This document shows, piece by piece, positions 20,582 through 31,408 of a stretch of 64,000 nt of DNA (the first letter of the stretch is position 1; each line of letters starts with the position of its first letter). The notes beneath the pieces were generated by a model. That model did no database searches and was not told the origin of the DNA. It saw only the letters and a program-made list of their open reading frames with translations. This DNA is from an uncultured Actinomycetota bacterium. Its GTDB lineage: Bacteria; Actinomycetota; Actinomycetes; JACCUZ01. The translations under genes and the position numbers were made by a program. The DNA lies in NCBI GenBank assembly GCA_963829565.1, contig CAWHJC010000017.1, positions 28,797 through 92,796 on the forward strand, given 5' to 3'.

Positions 20582-22095
20582 ATGACGACCCCGGCGCCGG
20601 ACCTGCAGCTCCCCGACGGCGCGGCACTCGATCTCGGCGGCCGTGGCGGACGCCCTGGCCGCCAGGTTCGACGTCACCACGGGACCCCGTGAGCTGCTCC
20701 ACAGGACCCGGCTCGACACGTTCGACCGGCGGCTGGCTGCTGCCGGGCTCATTCTCGAGCACCAGACCACCGGGTCCTCGGAGCGGCTTATGCTGCGCGG
20801 GCCGGGCACCCCGAGCGGCCAGGTCGTGGTCCCGACCGAGGCCCTTCGCTGGCCGGCTCTGGCGGACGCTCTTCCGCCCGGCCCGGTGCGGGATGCCGTC
20901 GCACCCGTCATGGGGATCCGCGCCCTGGTCAGCGTGACCGACGACCGTCGTCGGGTACGCCGGCTGGAGCTGCGCAACGGCGACCAGAAGCTGGTCGCCC
21001 GCGTAGAGGCCGACGAGCCGGCCGGCGCGGGCTCCACGTCGCCGGCCTCGGTGACGGTCCAGCCGCTGCGGGGTTATGACGATCAAGGGCGGTGGGCGCG
21101 TCCGGTCGCTCACGGCCATCGGCCTCCGCCCGGTCGAGCCGGCTGATGCTCAGCCGGTGCGGCACCCGGCGCCGACCGTCGACCTGGACAGAGGGACCCC
21201 CGCGCCCGTGCTGCTGGCCGTCGAGCTCGGGGCGTTCCTCGCGGCGATCCGCGAGAACCTCCCGGGCCTGCTCGCCGACATCGACACCGAGTTCCTGCAT
21301 GACGTCCGCGTCGCCGTGCGCCGGACTCGGTCGACCCTCAAGCTGGGACGCCCCGCGCTGCCCGCGGAGATGCGGGACCGCTGGGAGCCGGCGTTCCAGT
21401 GGGTAGGAGACCTCACCACCCCTGTCCGCGACCTCGACGTCTACCAGCTCGACCTCCCCGCCATGGCGGGCTGGCTCGTCGCGGCCGAACCAACGGACCT
21501 GGAACCGTTCGAGGCCCACCTCGGTCGCCGACGTCGCGCCGAGCGCCGAGCGCTGGTGCGCGGACTGCAGTCCGCCCGGTTCGAGCAGCTGCTCACCGAC
21601 TGGCAGCAAGCGTTGGCCGAGCTGGCGGCGGGCCTGCAGTCCGATGACGGTCTCGACGCGGGGGAGCTGGCGGACCGCAGCATCTCGCGCGCTGTCCGTC
21701 GGGTGGCGCGAGGGGGGCGGGTCATCGACGGGGACTCGCCGGCCGAGAGCCTGCACACGCTGCGCAAGCGCTGCAAGGAGCTCAGGTACGCGCTCGAGGT
21801 GTTCGCCCCGGTGACGGACAAGGCCGACCGCAAGCAGGCCGTCGCCGACCTGAAGGTGCTGCAGGACGTCCTGGGCCGCTTCCAGGACGCCGAGGTGCAA
21901 CGCATCGCCCTGCGCGGCTTCGCTGCCGAGATGATGGCCGACGGGACGTCGGCTCAGGCCGTGCTCGCGATGGGCGAGCTGGTCGGGCACCTGGACGGCG
22001 AGCAGGACCGGGCCCGGCATGAGTTCGACGCGGTGTTCGCCCGGTTCGTCCGGCCGGCCAGCATCCGGCGGCTGCGCCGACTCGGGGGCGCCTGA
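20582..22095 (+). CDS. CYTH + CHAD domain protein (polyphosphate-granule-associated family), frameshifted
   Basis: N-terminal CYTH-like fragments (ORFs 20643..21146), then CHAD (ORF 21076..22095: ...FLHDVRVAVRRTRSTLKL...LRKRCKELRYALEVFAP...). Confidence 0.7.
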
Positions 22096-22833
22096 TGCGG
22101 GTCCTGGCGACGTACAACATCAAGGGTGGTGTGGGAAAGACGTCGACGGCCGTGAACCTGGCCTACCTTTCCGCGCGCGACGGGATGCGAACGCTCCTGT
22201 GGGACCTGGACCCGCAGGGCGCGGCGACCTTCCTCTTCCGGGTCAAGCCACGTGTCAAGGGCGGTGGCAAGGCCCTGGTGACCAGGAAACGGCCGCTCGA
22301 TGCGGCCATCAAGGCGACCGACTTCGACGGGCTCGACCTGCTGCCCGCCGACTTCAGCTATCGCCACATGGATCTGCAGCTCGACGACACCAAGCGCCGG
22401 ACGCGGCGCCTGGGCCAGCTGCTGAGCAGCGTCGCCGACGACTACGACATCGTCTTCCTGGACTGCCCGCCGAGCGTCTCGCTGGTGTCCGAGAACGTCC
22501 TGCACGCCGCGGACGTCCTGCTGGTCCCGCTGATCCCGGCGACGTTGTCGCTGCGGACGTTCGACCAGCTCACCAGGTTCGTGGCCGACGCGGACGGGAA
22601 GCACCCCGAGCGTCGTGGCGTTCTTCTCGATGGCTGACCGGCGGAAGCGGCTGCACCGTGAGGTGATCGACGGGATCCCTCGCGACGGGGTCAGGATCAC
22701 CGACACCGTCGTGCCCGCGCTCTCGGTCATCGAACAGATGGCCGAGCACCGTGCACCCGTGCCGGTCTTCGCGCCGAGGAGCCGGGCGGCGGCGAGCTAC
22801 GAGGACCTCTGGCGGGAGGTGCGTCCACGATGA
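22095..22833 (+). CDS. ParA/MinD-family P-loop ATPase (frameshift ~22610)
   Basis: MRVLATYNIKGGVGKTSTAVNLAYLSA (deviant Walker A KGGVGKT) ...DIVFLDCPPS... Continues in ORF 22615..22833 (AFFSMADRRKRLHREV). ATGA overlap with the upstream CHAD gene. Confidence 0.8.
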
Positions 22834-23726
22834 GCCGGCCCATGGTGCGGGCCGCCGGTGGCGTCCTGTGGCGCGGCGACCCCACGTCCCCGAAGGTCGC
22901 GCTGGTGCACCGGCCGCGGTACGACGACTGGTCGCTGCCCAAGGGCAAGTCGAAGACGAACGAGCACCTGCTCGTCACCGCCATCCGCGAGGTGACCGAG
23001 GAGACCGGGTTCCGGGCGACGATCGGCCCGCGCCTCACCACAGTTCGCTATCGCGTCGTGACCGGCGGTCGGCTGGCGGACAAGACGGTGACCTACTGGG
23101 CGATGCGGTGTGCCGACGGATCGTTCAGCCCGAACCGCGAGGTCGACGAGATCCGGTGGCTGACCCTGGCAGCCGCGCGCCGGCAGCTCACCGCGGCGAC
23201 CGACCGCACGGTGCTGGACGCCTTCCTCCGAGCCAGCCGCGACACCCAACCCCTTCTCCTGGTGCGTCACGGCGCGACCCATCCCGTGGCCCGGCGCTCC
23301 CGGCGCACGAGCACCAGGAGGGACCTCAGCCGGCTCGGACGGGAGCAGGCTGCCGCCTTGGTCCCGGTCCTGAGCGCACTCGGCGCGACCCAGCTGATGA
23401 GCGCCGACGTGCCGGCCTGCACCGAGATGCTGCGGCCGTATGGCGTCACCGCCGGCCTGGCCGTGCTGGCCGATGCCCAGTTGGCCCGACGCGGCTTCGA
23501 AGGAAACGAGTCGCTCATCGCCGACCGGCTTCGCCGGGACTCCTCCGACGGGCTCCTCGTCGTCTGCGGCACGCAGCGAGTCATCAGCGGACTGGTCAGC
23601 ACCTTCGCGCACGGTTCGCCAGCCCGACCGCCTCACGACGCGGTGGTCAAGAAGGGTGGCTGGTGGCTCCTGCACCACGAGGACGGCGCCGTCCGGGCGT
23701 TCGAACGACACGATCCCGCGGCATGA
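22830..23726 (+). CDS. NUDIX hydrolase fused to histidine-phosphatase domain (MutT1-like)
   Basis: NUDIX box (LPKGKSKTNEHLLVTAIREVTEETG) followed by RHGAT...histidine-phosphatase signature (LLLVRHGATHP). Mycobacterial mutT1 is likewise linked to ppk1. Confidence 0.75.
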   Translation: MSRPMVRAAGGVLWRGDPTSPKVALVHRPRYDDWSLPKGKSKTNEHLLVTAIREVTEETGFRATIGPRLTTVRYRVVTGGRLADKTVTYWAMRCADGSFSPNREVDEIRWLTLAAARRQLTAATDRTVLDAFLRASRDTQPLLLVRHGATHPVARRSRRTSTRRDLSRLGREQAAALVPVLSALGATQLMSADVPACTEMLRPYGVTAGLAVLADAQLARRGFEGNESLIADRLRRDSSDGLLVVCGTQRVISGLVSTFAHGSPARPPHDAVVKKGGWWLLHHEDGAVRAFERHDPAA

Positions 23727-23742
23727 GTCGGCAGCGACACCG

Positions 23743-25242
23743 ATGAGGTCACACGTCGAGATCGAGACCAAGTACGACGTCCCGTCGGACGCGTTGCTGC
23801 CGGACCTGGTCGGTTCGGCCAACGTCCGCTCGTCGGTGTCCGGCGCCGTGATGGTGCTGACCGCCACCTACTACGACACCGCCGACCACGATCTCGGCTC
23901 TGCCGGTGCAACGCTCCGGCGTCGGACGGGCGGAGCCGACGACGGCTGGCACCTCAAGCTGAGGCTCAGCGGCGGCGAGCGCCTGGAGCTGCACCGCGCG
24001 CTAGGACGGGGGCGGACCCCGCCGGCCGCGCTCACCGGACTCGTCACGGCGATCGTCCGTACGGAGGCGGTCGTGCCGGTGGCGACCCTCGTCACGCACC
24101 GGACCGTCCATCAGCTGCTCGGTGAGGAGGGCGCCGTGCTCGCTGAGCTGGCCGACGATTCAGTCACAGCGCAGCGCCACGACGTGGAGGCCGTGGACCT
24201 GGCGTGGCGCGAGTGGGAGATCGAGCTCGTGGACGGCGACCGGTCGACCCTCGCCGATCTCGATGCCTCCGTCCGAAGATCGGGCATCGAGCCGGCGGCC
24301 AGCGAGTCGAAGATCGGCCGGGTCCTGGGCTCTGCTCCGACCGCGGCTGCCGCCGATCCAACGCCGATCCGACGGAAAGACCCCGCGGCGAAGGTGATGT
24401 CAGTTGCGTTGCAGCAGGCGTTGTCCGAGCTGCTGGCCGCCGACCCGCTGGTCCGGCTGGACCGGCCGGGTGCGGTGCCCCGCATGTCTCGTGCCCTCCA
24501 TCGGGTGAGAGCGGTCCTGTCATTACGCCGCCAGGTCGTCGGTGACGTCAGCGCGCCCCTCGCGGAGCTCACCTGGCTGCAATCGGTCATCTCCCCCGCG
24601 GAGCGGCTGGACGCGGCGGCGGCACAAGTCGTCGAGAACGTGACGGCTCAGCCGCGCGACCTCGTCATCGGTCCGGTGAAGCGGCGCCTCGATCGCGAGC
24701 TAGCGGGGTCTCGTCGGCGGCAGCTGACCGAGGTCAACGCGGCCCTCGACGCGGACCGTTACCTGGGGATGCTGGACAGCCTGTCGGAGCTGGCGACCCG
24801 CGATGCGGTCGGCTCTGCGTCGACGGCCCGCGCCGTGGACGTGATCCCCGACCTCGCGGATCGCGCTGTCCACCGGGCCGAGCGGCGGATCGGCCAGCTG
24901 GTCCGCGCCCAGTCCGCGGACGAGCAGCGGTGGCTGCTGGGTGGTGCGCAGCGGGCGGTCGAGCGCGCCCGGCTCGCTGCCCGGCTGGCGGCGGCGGCAT
25001 CGTCAGGGTCCCGGTCGCGACCGGAAGGCATCCTCGATGAGGCCGCTGCTGCCCTCGACGAGCTGGCGGTCAGCCGCCGCGCCCAAGAGCTGCTACGAGA
25101 TGCCGGTGTGCAGGCCCATCTCGCCGGCGAGAACGGCTTCACCTTCGGCCTCCTGCACGGCCTGGAGGCGTTGCGGGCTGTCGAGGTGCAGCGGCGCCTC
25201 AAGGTGACGCGCAAGCACCTCAAGCGTCTCCGCAAGAACTAG
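23743..25242 (+). CDS. CYTH + CHAD domain protein (second copy)
   Basis: MRSHVEIETKYDV... (CYTH N-terminus) plus C-terminal CHAD-like helical region. ~500 aa, in frame within ORF 23440..25242. Confidence 0.7.
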   Translation: MRSHVEIETKYDVPSDALLPDLVGSANVRSSVSGAVMVLTATYYDTADHDLGSAGATLRRRTGGADDGWHLKLRLSGGERLELHRALGRGRTPPAALTGLVTAIVRTEAVVPVATLVTHRTVHQLLGEEGAVLAELADDSVTAQRHDVEAVDLAWREWEIELVDGDRSTLADLDASVRRSGIEPAASESKIGRVLGSAPTAAAADPTPIRRKDPAAKVMSVALQQALSELLAADPLVRLDRPGAVPRMSRALHRVRAVLSLRRQVVGDVSAPLAELTWLQSVISPAERLDAAAAQVVENVTAQPRDLVIGPVKRRLDRELAGSRRRQLTEVNAALDADRYLGMLDSLSELATRDAVGSASTARAVDVIPDLADRAVHRAERRIGQLVRAQSADEQRWLLGGAQRAVERARLAARLAAAASSGSRSRPEGILDEAAAALDELAVSRRAQELLRDAGVQAHLAGENGFTFGLLHGLEALRAVEVQRRLKVTRKHLKRLRKN

Positions 25243-25254
25243 ACAGGTCGCTGG

Positions 25255-26137
25255 TCATCCCGCCGTGAGGTCGCGGAGGTCGTCGACGATCCGCGGCATC
25301 TGCGCCATCAAGGACAGGTGCCCCTCGTCGTCGTAGAGGTGCACACGCGCGCCGGGGATGTGCGCAGCGAGCCACTTCCCGTGCGCGAAGGGAACCATCA
25401 GGTCGTGGGCGCCCTGCCACACCGACACCGGCACCGTGATGTCGGCGAGCTCGAAGCCCCAGTGCCGGGCGAAGGCGTAGTCGTCGTCGCGCCAGCCCTC
25501 GATGCCCGTCGACACCGAGCGGCGGAACATCTCGGCCAGCACTTCGGCGGACTCGCCGGTAAGCGCGGCGCGGTCCACGTCGTCGACCAGCCCGCCGAGC
25601 ATGTCGGCGACCTGGGGCCCGGTGACTGCGACGAGGTCCGGCACCTGCTTCTCGAGCCACCGCGGCAGGTCGGCCGGTGTCCTGGTGGCGAGGCCGAACT
25701 CCTCGACGTTCTCCGGCCCCATCCCGGCGAACCAGTCCAGGCCCTTCGCGTCCAACGGAGCCACCCCGCCGAGTGTCGCCGCGGCCAGCGCACCGGTCGG
25801 GCAGCAGCGCCGCGCACGCGAGGGCGTGCGGGCCGCCGCCGGACCAGCCGAGCACCACGAACCGGTCGTGGCCGAGGTGGTCGAGGATCGTCGCAACGTC
25901 GGGGCCGGCGTCGGCGACGGCCCTTCCCTCGTACGTCGTGGAGCCGGCGTAACCGGGCCGCGAGTAGCAGATGTACCGCCAGCCGAGCCCGGCCGCCGCC
26001 TCGGCGATGTCGGGGACGCAGACGGCGGCCGTCGGCGTACCGGAGATGTAGACCAGTGGCAGTCCCTCCGCCGGCCCGGACGTCACGACCTCCAGGTCAC
26101 GCCCGTCCGCCGTCGGCACCGTCAACCACTCGGTCAC
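25255..26137 (-). CDS. Alpha/beta-hydrolase fold protein (frameshift ~25800)
   Basis: ...RFVVLGWSGGGPHALACAAL (GxSxG nucleophile elbow) in ORF 25220..26137, continuing in ORF 25255..25896. Confidence 0.65.
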
Positions 26138-26199
26138 CGGTTCAGGCTAGACGGACCGGGTCGCCGGACCTACGGTCATCGGGCCGGGAAGGGGTTGGG

Positions 26200-28994
26200 G
26201 TGGCGGAGAGGCCGGGCGGCGCCGTGGTGGGTCGCGAGCGGGAGCTCGCCGCCCTGCGCTCGTTCGTCGAGTCGGTCCCCGGTGGTCGCCATGCGCTGCT
26301 GGTGGAGGGCGAGGCGGGCATCGGCAAGACGACGCTCTGGCTCGAGGGGGTCCGGGCCGCCGAGGGGAAGGGCTACCGGGTCCTGCAGGCGCGACCGGCC
26401 GAGAGTGAGGCACGGCTGTCCTACGCCGCACTGTCCGACCTCGTCGGCGCCGCGTTCGAGGAGACGCGCGCGAGCCCTGCCGCCGCCACAGGCGACCGCA
26501 CTGGCGGCCACCCTGCTGCGGGTCACGGAGGCGCAGCCGGCCGACGCGCGGACGATCGCGACGGCGCTGCTCGGCGTGCTGACCGAGCTCAGCCGGGGCG
26601 GTCCGGTTGTCGTGGCGGTCGACGACCTCCAGTGGCTTGACCCCGCGTCGGAGCTGGCGCTGGCGTTCGCGGTCCGTCGGCTGCCGGCGAACATGGGGGT
26701 TCTGGTGACCCGTCGGACGGGAGCAGCCGGTCGGCCCGGACTCGGCCTCGACCAGGTCACGGGGTCCGTCGAGGTGCGCCGCGTCGAGCCTGGCCCGCTG
26801 ACGATGGCGGCCCTGCACCACGTCGTCGCAGACCGCACCGGGACCGTGCTCGCCCGTCCAGAGCTCAGCCGGCTCGCCGCAGCGTCGGGAGGCAACCCGT
26901 TCCTGGCGCTGGAGATAGTCCGCGCCGTGCCCAGCGACACGAGCGGCACGGCGAGTGGAGCCGGTGCTGCCGGTGCCGGAGGGGATCCGCGCGCTGGCGA
27001 CCGAGCGGGTCCGGTCGCTCTCGCCGGCCGCGCAGGACGCGGTCCTGGTCGCCGCGGCGCTGTCCCGTCCGACGATTGCCACGGTGAGCGACGCGATGGG
27101 CGAGGACGCGGACGCCCTGCCGGCGATCATCGAGGCGGAGGAGAAGGGAGTGCTCGTCACGGATCGCGGGCGCATCCGGTTCACCCATCCGCTACTGGCC
27201 TCCGCGGTCTCCGCATCCGCGTCGGACGCCCGCCGACGGCAGGTCCACCGTCGCCTCGCCGACGTCGTGGCCGACCCGGAGCAGCGGGCCAGACACCTCG
27301 CCCAGGCGACAACCGACGCCGACGAGGGCATCGCCCAGGAGGTCGAGCTGGCGGCCCGCCAGGCGATGCTGCGCGGTGCGAGCAACGCGGCGGAGGAGCT
27401 CTTCTCCGCCGCCTGCCGGCTCACGCCGTCCCACCTAGGAGCCGCGCTGGCCGGGCGACGGCTCGGTGCGGCGTCCGCGCTGCTGAGGCTCGGCGACGTG
27501 ACGGACGCGCGCGCGGTGGCCGAGTCGGTGGCCACTGACGGGCTGCCGCCCGCACTGCAGGCGGAGCGGCTCGCGCTGCTCGCCGAGGTGGAGTGGGACG
27601 ACGGCGCGACACAGCTTGCGACCGAGCACCTGGAACGCGCACTCGTCGCCGCGGGCGACGACCGCGATCTGACGCTGCGGATCCTGACCCGGCTCGTGCT
27701 GGTGGGGATGCCGGCGAACCCGGCGCGCGCCCTCGTCCACGCCGAGCGGGCGATGGACCTGGTGAGTGAGGAGCGGGAGCCGCACCTGCTCTCGTCCATC
27801 CTGGTCGACCGTTTCCTCGCCGGGGTGCTGCTCGGGCGGGGCGCCGACAGGGAGCTGCTGCAGCGCGGGCTGGACCTGGAGGCGAGGACAGGGGCGGCGA
27901 CGTACCCGCATCCGGTCCCTCTGATCTGGTTCCAGTGCGTCGACGAGCTCGACGAGACCCGGCGTCGCCACCGTCGGGAGGACGAGTGGGCACGTGACCG
28001 CGGTGACGAGCGGCTGCGGGCCGAGCGACTCGGCTACCTGGCGATGGCCGAGCTGCAGGCAGGGCATTGGACGCTGGCGCAGCAGCAGGCAGAGGAGAGC
28101 TGCGAGGTGATCGGAGAGCTCGACGTCAGCGGGCGCTTCGCCTATGCGTTCGCCTGGCGGTCGCTCATCGACGCCTATCGCGGCAGGGTCGACCGGGCCA
28201 GGGCGACGCTCGGGCCGCTGGTCGACGAGGCTGCCCGAACCGAGAAGGCGTGGTGGGGCGCGATCCTGCTCAGCGTCCTGGGCGTCGTCGAGTTTGCTGC
28301 TGGCCGTCACGAGATGGTCGACCAGGCACTGGTCCGCAAGCAGGAGCTGCTGGACGGCATCGGGATCAGAGAGGGCCTGCTCGACCGCAGCGAGCCGATC
28401 CACGTCGAGTCGCTCGTCGAGCTCAGGGAGATCGGGCGCGCGCGCGAGGTCCTGGCACGGCTGGAGCAGCGCGGTGACGCCCTGCCGCGGCTGTGGATCG
28501 ACGTGACGCTGCCTCGGGCCCGGGCACTCGTGCTCGCCGCCGAGGGCGATCTCGACGGTGCCCTCGTGGCGCTCGACCAGCTCGATGCATCGGCGGCCGC
28601 CCGGCTGCCGTTCGACCTGGGCTGCGCACTGCTCGTGAAGGGTCGGGTCCTGCGGCGTCTGAAGTCGAGACGCGCGGCCGCCGACGCCTTCCGGGAGGCG
28701 GTGACGATCTTCGAGCAGCTCGACAGCCCGCCGTGGGAGGCCAGGGCCCGCAACGAGCTGTCACAGGTCGCACCCGGCCGGAAGGCGAGCCTCGAGCTCA
28801 CGGCGGCCGAGCGTCGCGTCGCCGAGCTGGCCGCCGCGGGCCTGACCAACCGAGCAGTCGCGCAGGCCGCCTTCATGAGCAGCAAGACGGTGGAGGCGCA
28901 CCTCGTTCGCATCTACCGCAAGCTGGGCATCCGGTCCAGGGCCGAGCTGGGCGCGCGGATGAGCGAGCAGGACAGGGCCGCAGGCACGCCATAG
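26200..28994 (+). CDS. Large ATP-binding LuxR-family transcriptional regulator (AAA/NACHT-like N-terminus, TPR-like middle, C-terminal LuxR HTH); two frameshifts
   Basis: ...GRERELAALRSFVESVPGGRHALLVEGEAGIGKTTLW (P-loop), long helical middle, C-terminal ...LTAAERRVAELAAAGLTNRAVAQAAFMSSKTVEAHLVRIYRKLGI (LuxR HTH). Confidence 0.75.
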
Positions 28995-29041
28995 GGAAAC
29001 ACCCGATTTAGCGGCGGCAGGCCCCGCCTAGCGTCCCGACC

Positions 29042-29332
29042 GTGGCAGACAAGGCGGACAAGACGCCGCTCCGGACGTACCTCGTCGAGCACTACGACCC
29101 GGGGTTGGACGTCGCCGACGCCCAGCAGTCGCTGTCCCGGCTCCGTCTCGCCATCGGCGAGATGGAGCGCGAAGGAAAGGCAGTGCGCCACCTCGGCACC
29201 ACGATCGTCCCGGGCGACGAGTCCGTCCTCTGCCTGCTCGAGGCCGCGTCCGAGGCCCTCGTGACCGAGGCGCATCGGCGAGCGGGCACGACGTTCCAGC
29301 GCATCTCGATCGCCATCACGGACATCGGCTAG
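29042..29332 (+). CDS. DUF4242-like small protein
   Basis: 96-aa intact ORF with composition like DUF4242 family proteins. Weak call. Confidence 0.4.
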   Translation: MADKADKTPLRTYLVEHYDPGLDVADAQQSLSRLRLAIGEMEREGKAVRHLGTTIVPGDESVLCLLEAASEALVTEAHRRAGTTFQRISIAITDIG

Positions 29333-29343
29333 GAGGTCTCGAC

Positions 29344-29871
29344 ATGCTGCATCGACGGTCGGCCATCAGGATCCTGCTCGGGCTCGCCCTCATCGCACCA
29401 GCCCTTGCCGTCACGGCGCCGGCGCGAGCGAGCACGACTGTGAGCTACCGGGCCACGTTCGTGGAGCCGATCGGGGGGCCGGCGCAGTCGCCCTTCGAGT
29501 GCGCACCGGGCACGACCTGTGGGAGCGCCAGCATCAGCGGGTTCGGCCACTCGGACAACCAGGTCGGCGTCTTCAACGCCTGCGGCCCGAGCTGTCACCA
29601 CCGGACGGTGGTGTTCCCGGACGACTCGACGCTGGTGCTCCAGGTGGTGGACCAGGGCGGTCCCTTCAACTTCTCGTCGCCGGGCAGGTCAGGCGCCAAC
29701 GGCTACAACGGCGCGGGACTCCCCGGCAACCCCCAGTTCCTCGGCATCACCGAGACGGTCGTCGGCGGGACGGGCAGGTTCGCCGGAGCCACCGGAGGCG
29801 GGACAGGCACCGTCAAGGTCGCCGGTGGGATCGCCCTGGGCAAGACCTCGGGCACCTTGACCTTCCCCTGA
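29344..29871 (+). CDS. Secreted hypothetical protein (signal peptide)
   Basis: MLHRRSAIRILLGLALIAPALAVTAPARA signal peptide with AxA cleavage site; Gly/Thr-rich C-terminus. Confidence 0.5.
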   Translation: MLHRRSAIRILLGLALIAPALAVTAPARASTTVSYRATFVEPIGGPAQSPFECAPGTTCGSASISGFGHSDNQVGVFNACGPSCHHRTVVFPDDSTLVLQVVDQGGPFNFSSPGRSGANGYNGAGLPGNPQFLGITETVVGGTGRFAGATGGGTGTVKVAGGIALGKTSGTLTFP

Positions 29872-30100
29872 CCGCAGATCCCTCGAGCAGGGAGTGTTGG
29901 CATGACGGAGACACGACCGGAGAACGGCCAGCGGCAGTCGGCGAGCGACGCAGATAGCGTCGGCGCCCGAGTGACGTGGACCACCCCGCTTACTCCGCCT
30001 TCTGGGCCTGGGTGATCGCCAGGCAAGCCTCGTTGCGGCGGAGCGACGCGCTGCTTCCCCGGTCCGCGGCTCGCGAGAACCTGGCCGCGGAGACGGTGCG

Positions 30101-30598
30101 ATGACCTTCCCGAAGAGCTGGCCGGTGATTGTCGTCGTCGTGGTGACGGTCACGGCGACCGTCGCCTTTGCGGTGACAGCAGACACCGGCGGCCGCAGCT
30201 CGACGGCGTCCTCGGGCGTCCATGCGGCCGCCGAGCGCATCCGGGCCATCGAGACCGACCGGCTGCGCGCCCTGGTCGCCGCCGACATGGCTCCGCTCCG
30301 CAGGGTGCACGCGGCCGACTTCCAGCTCGTCGACCCCACCGGCGAGACGCAATCACGCGATGTGTATCTGGGCCTTGTCGAAGCCGGAGACATCGATTAC
30401 CTGGTCTTCGAGGCCGTCTCGCCGATCGAGGTGCGGATCTCCGGCTCGGTTGCGGCAATCCGCTACCGGTCGAGCATCGACATCGTCGTCACGGGTTTCG
30501 GACGGCACACCCACGAGGCCTGGCACACGGACGTCTACCAACGGCGTCACGGTCGTTGGCAGTCCACGTGGTCGCAGGCGACGGCCATCGGCTTGTAG
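30101..30598 (+). CDS. NTF2-like (SnoaL/DUF4440-type) domain protein with N-terminal TM anchor
   Basis: Hydrophobic N-terminus, then ...RIRAIETDRLRALVAADMAPLRRVHAADFQLVDPTGE...YQRRHGRWQ typical of NTF2-like folds. Confidence 0.5.
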   Translation: MTFPKSWPVIVVVVVTVTATVAFAVTADTGGRSSTASSGVHAAAERIRAIETDRLRALVAADMAPLRRVHAADFQLVDPTGETQSRDVYLGLVEAGDIDYLVFEAVSPIEVRISGSVAAIRYRSSIDIVVTGFGRHTHEAWHTDVYQRRHGRWQSTWSQATAIGL

Positions 30599-30652
30599 AC
30601 GGGGCATATCCCGGCCCCGAACGTCGGCGAGCCGGTCGTCACGACCCACAGC

Positions 30653-31126
30653 TCACGCGCCGTGAGCTACGTGGATCTGGTCGGCAACGATCCGTTGGCG
30701 GATCGTATTGAACTGCTCCGCGGTACGACGGCGGTGGCAATTGGCGCACCTGACATCACACTTCTCGATCTCCACCAAGATCATCGCCCACGGCTTCTGA
30801 TTCGCGACCATCCGGCAGACCGCAGAGACCTTCGTCGCGGGATCGCGGTGGTCGAAGTCGAGGCATCGAATGTCCGCCTCGCCGCAGTCGACACAGGGAT
30901 TCGACAACAGGTACTGGTTGATCTTCATCGCCAGTTCGGTACGCACTGCCTGACTGCGTTCTCGCGTCGACCGCCCGTGCTCGGCACGGTTGTTGACGTA
31001 CCACTCGCGTGCGCACGCCCTGCATCGGGACTGGAGTCCGTCGGAAGCCCTCAGGCGACGGTTGAACTCCGAGACAGGAAGCAGCACATGGCATGTGCAG
31101 CATTCCTTCATCTCCGGCATGGGCAC
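30653..31126 (-). CDS. HNH endonuclease domain protein with N-terminal Cys4 zinc finger
   Basis: CCTCH...CRAC zinc finger, then DFDHRDP...KCDVRCANCHRRRT (HNH H-N-H motif). Confidence 0.65.
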   Translation of the reverse strand: MPMPEMKECCTCHVLLPVSEFNRRLRASDGLQSRCRACAREWYVNNRAEHGRSTRERSQAVRTELAMKINQYLLSNPCVDCGEADIRCLDFDHRDPATKVSAVCRMVANQKPWAMILVEIEKCDVRCANCHRRRTAEQFNTIRQRIVADQIHVAHGA

Positions 31127-31164
31127 AGGAGACCAGCAACCCTGGACACAACCGTTTTAAGCGG

Positions 31165-31237
31165 TGGGCCCCGTCAGATTCGAACTGACGACCCGCGAAT
31201 TAAAAGTCCGCTGCTCTACCAGCTGAGCTAGAGGCCC
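31165..31237 (-). tRNA. tRNA-Lys (anticodon TTT)
   Basis: RC reads GGGCCTCTAGCTCAGCTGGTAGAGCAGCGGACTTTTAATTCGCGGGTCGTCAGTTCGAATCTGACGGGGCCCA: 7-bp acceptor stem, D/T arms, anticodon loop CTTTTAA. Confidence 0.85.
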
Positions 31238-31408
31238 GGGATCTGGGACAACGATTGGAACCACCCGTGGAACAACGCTAGGACGAACCTCGCCCAGATC
31301 CGCTGGCAGCCTACCGACAGCATGGAAGGCGTGGGGTGACCACGGTTCCGTGAGGTCGATCCGCTGCGAAGTGGCGTAGGCGGCGATGTCGACCGAACCG
31401 GACGCGCG

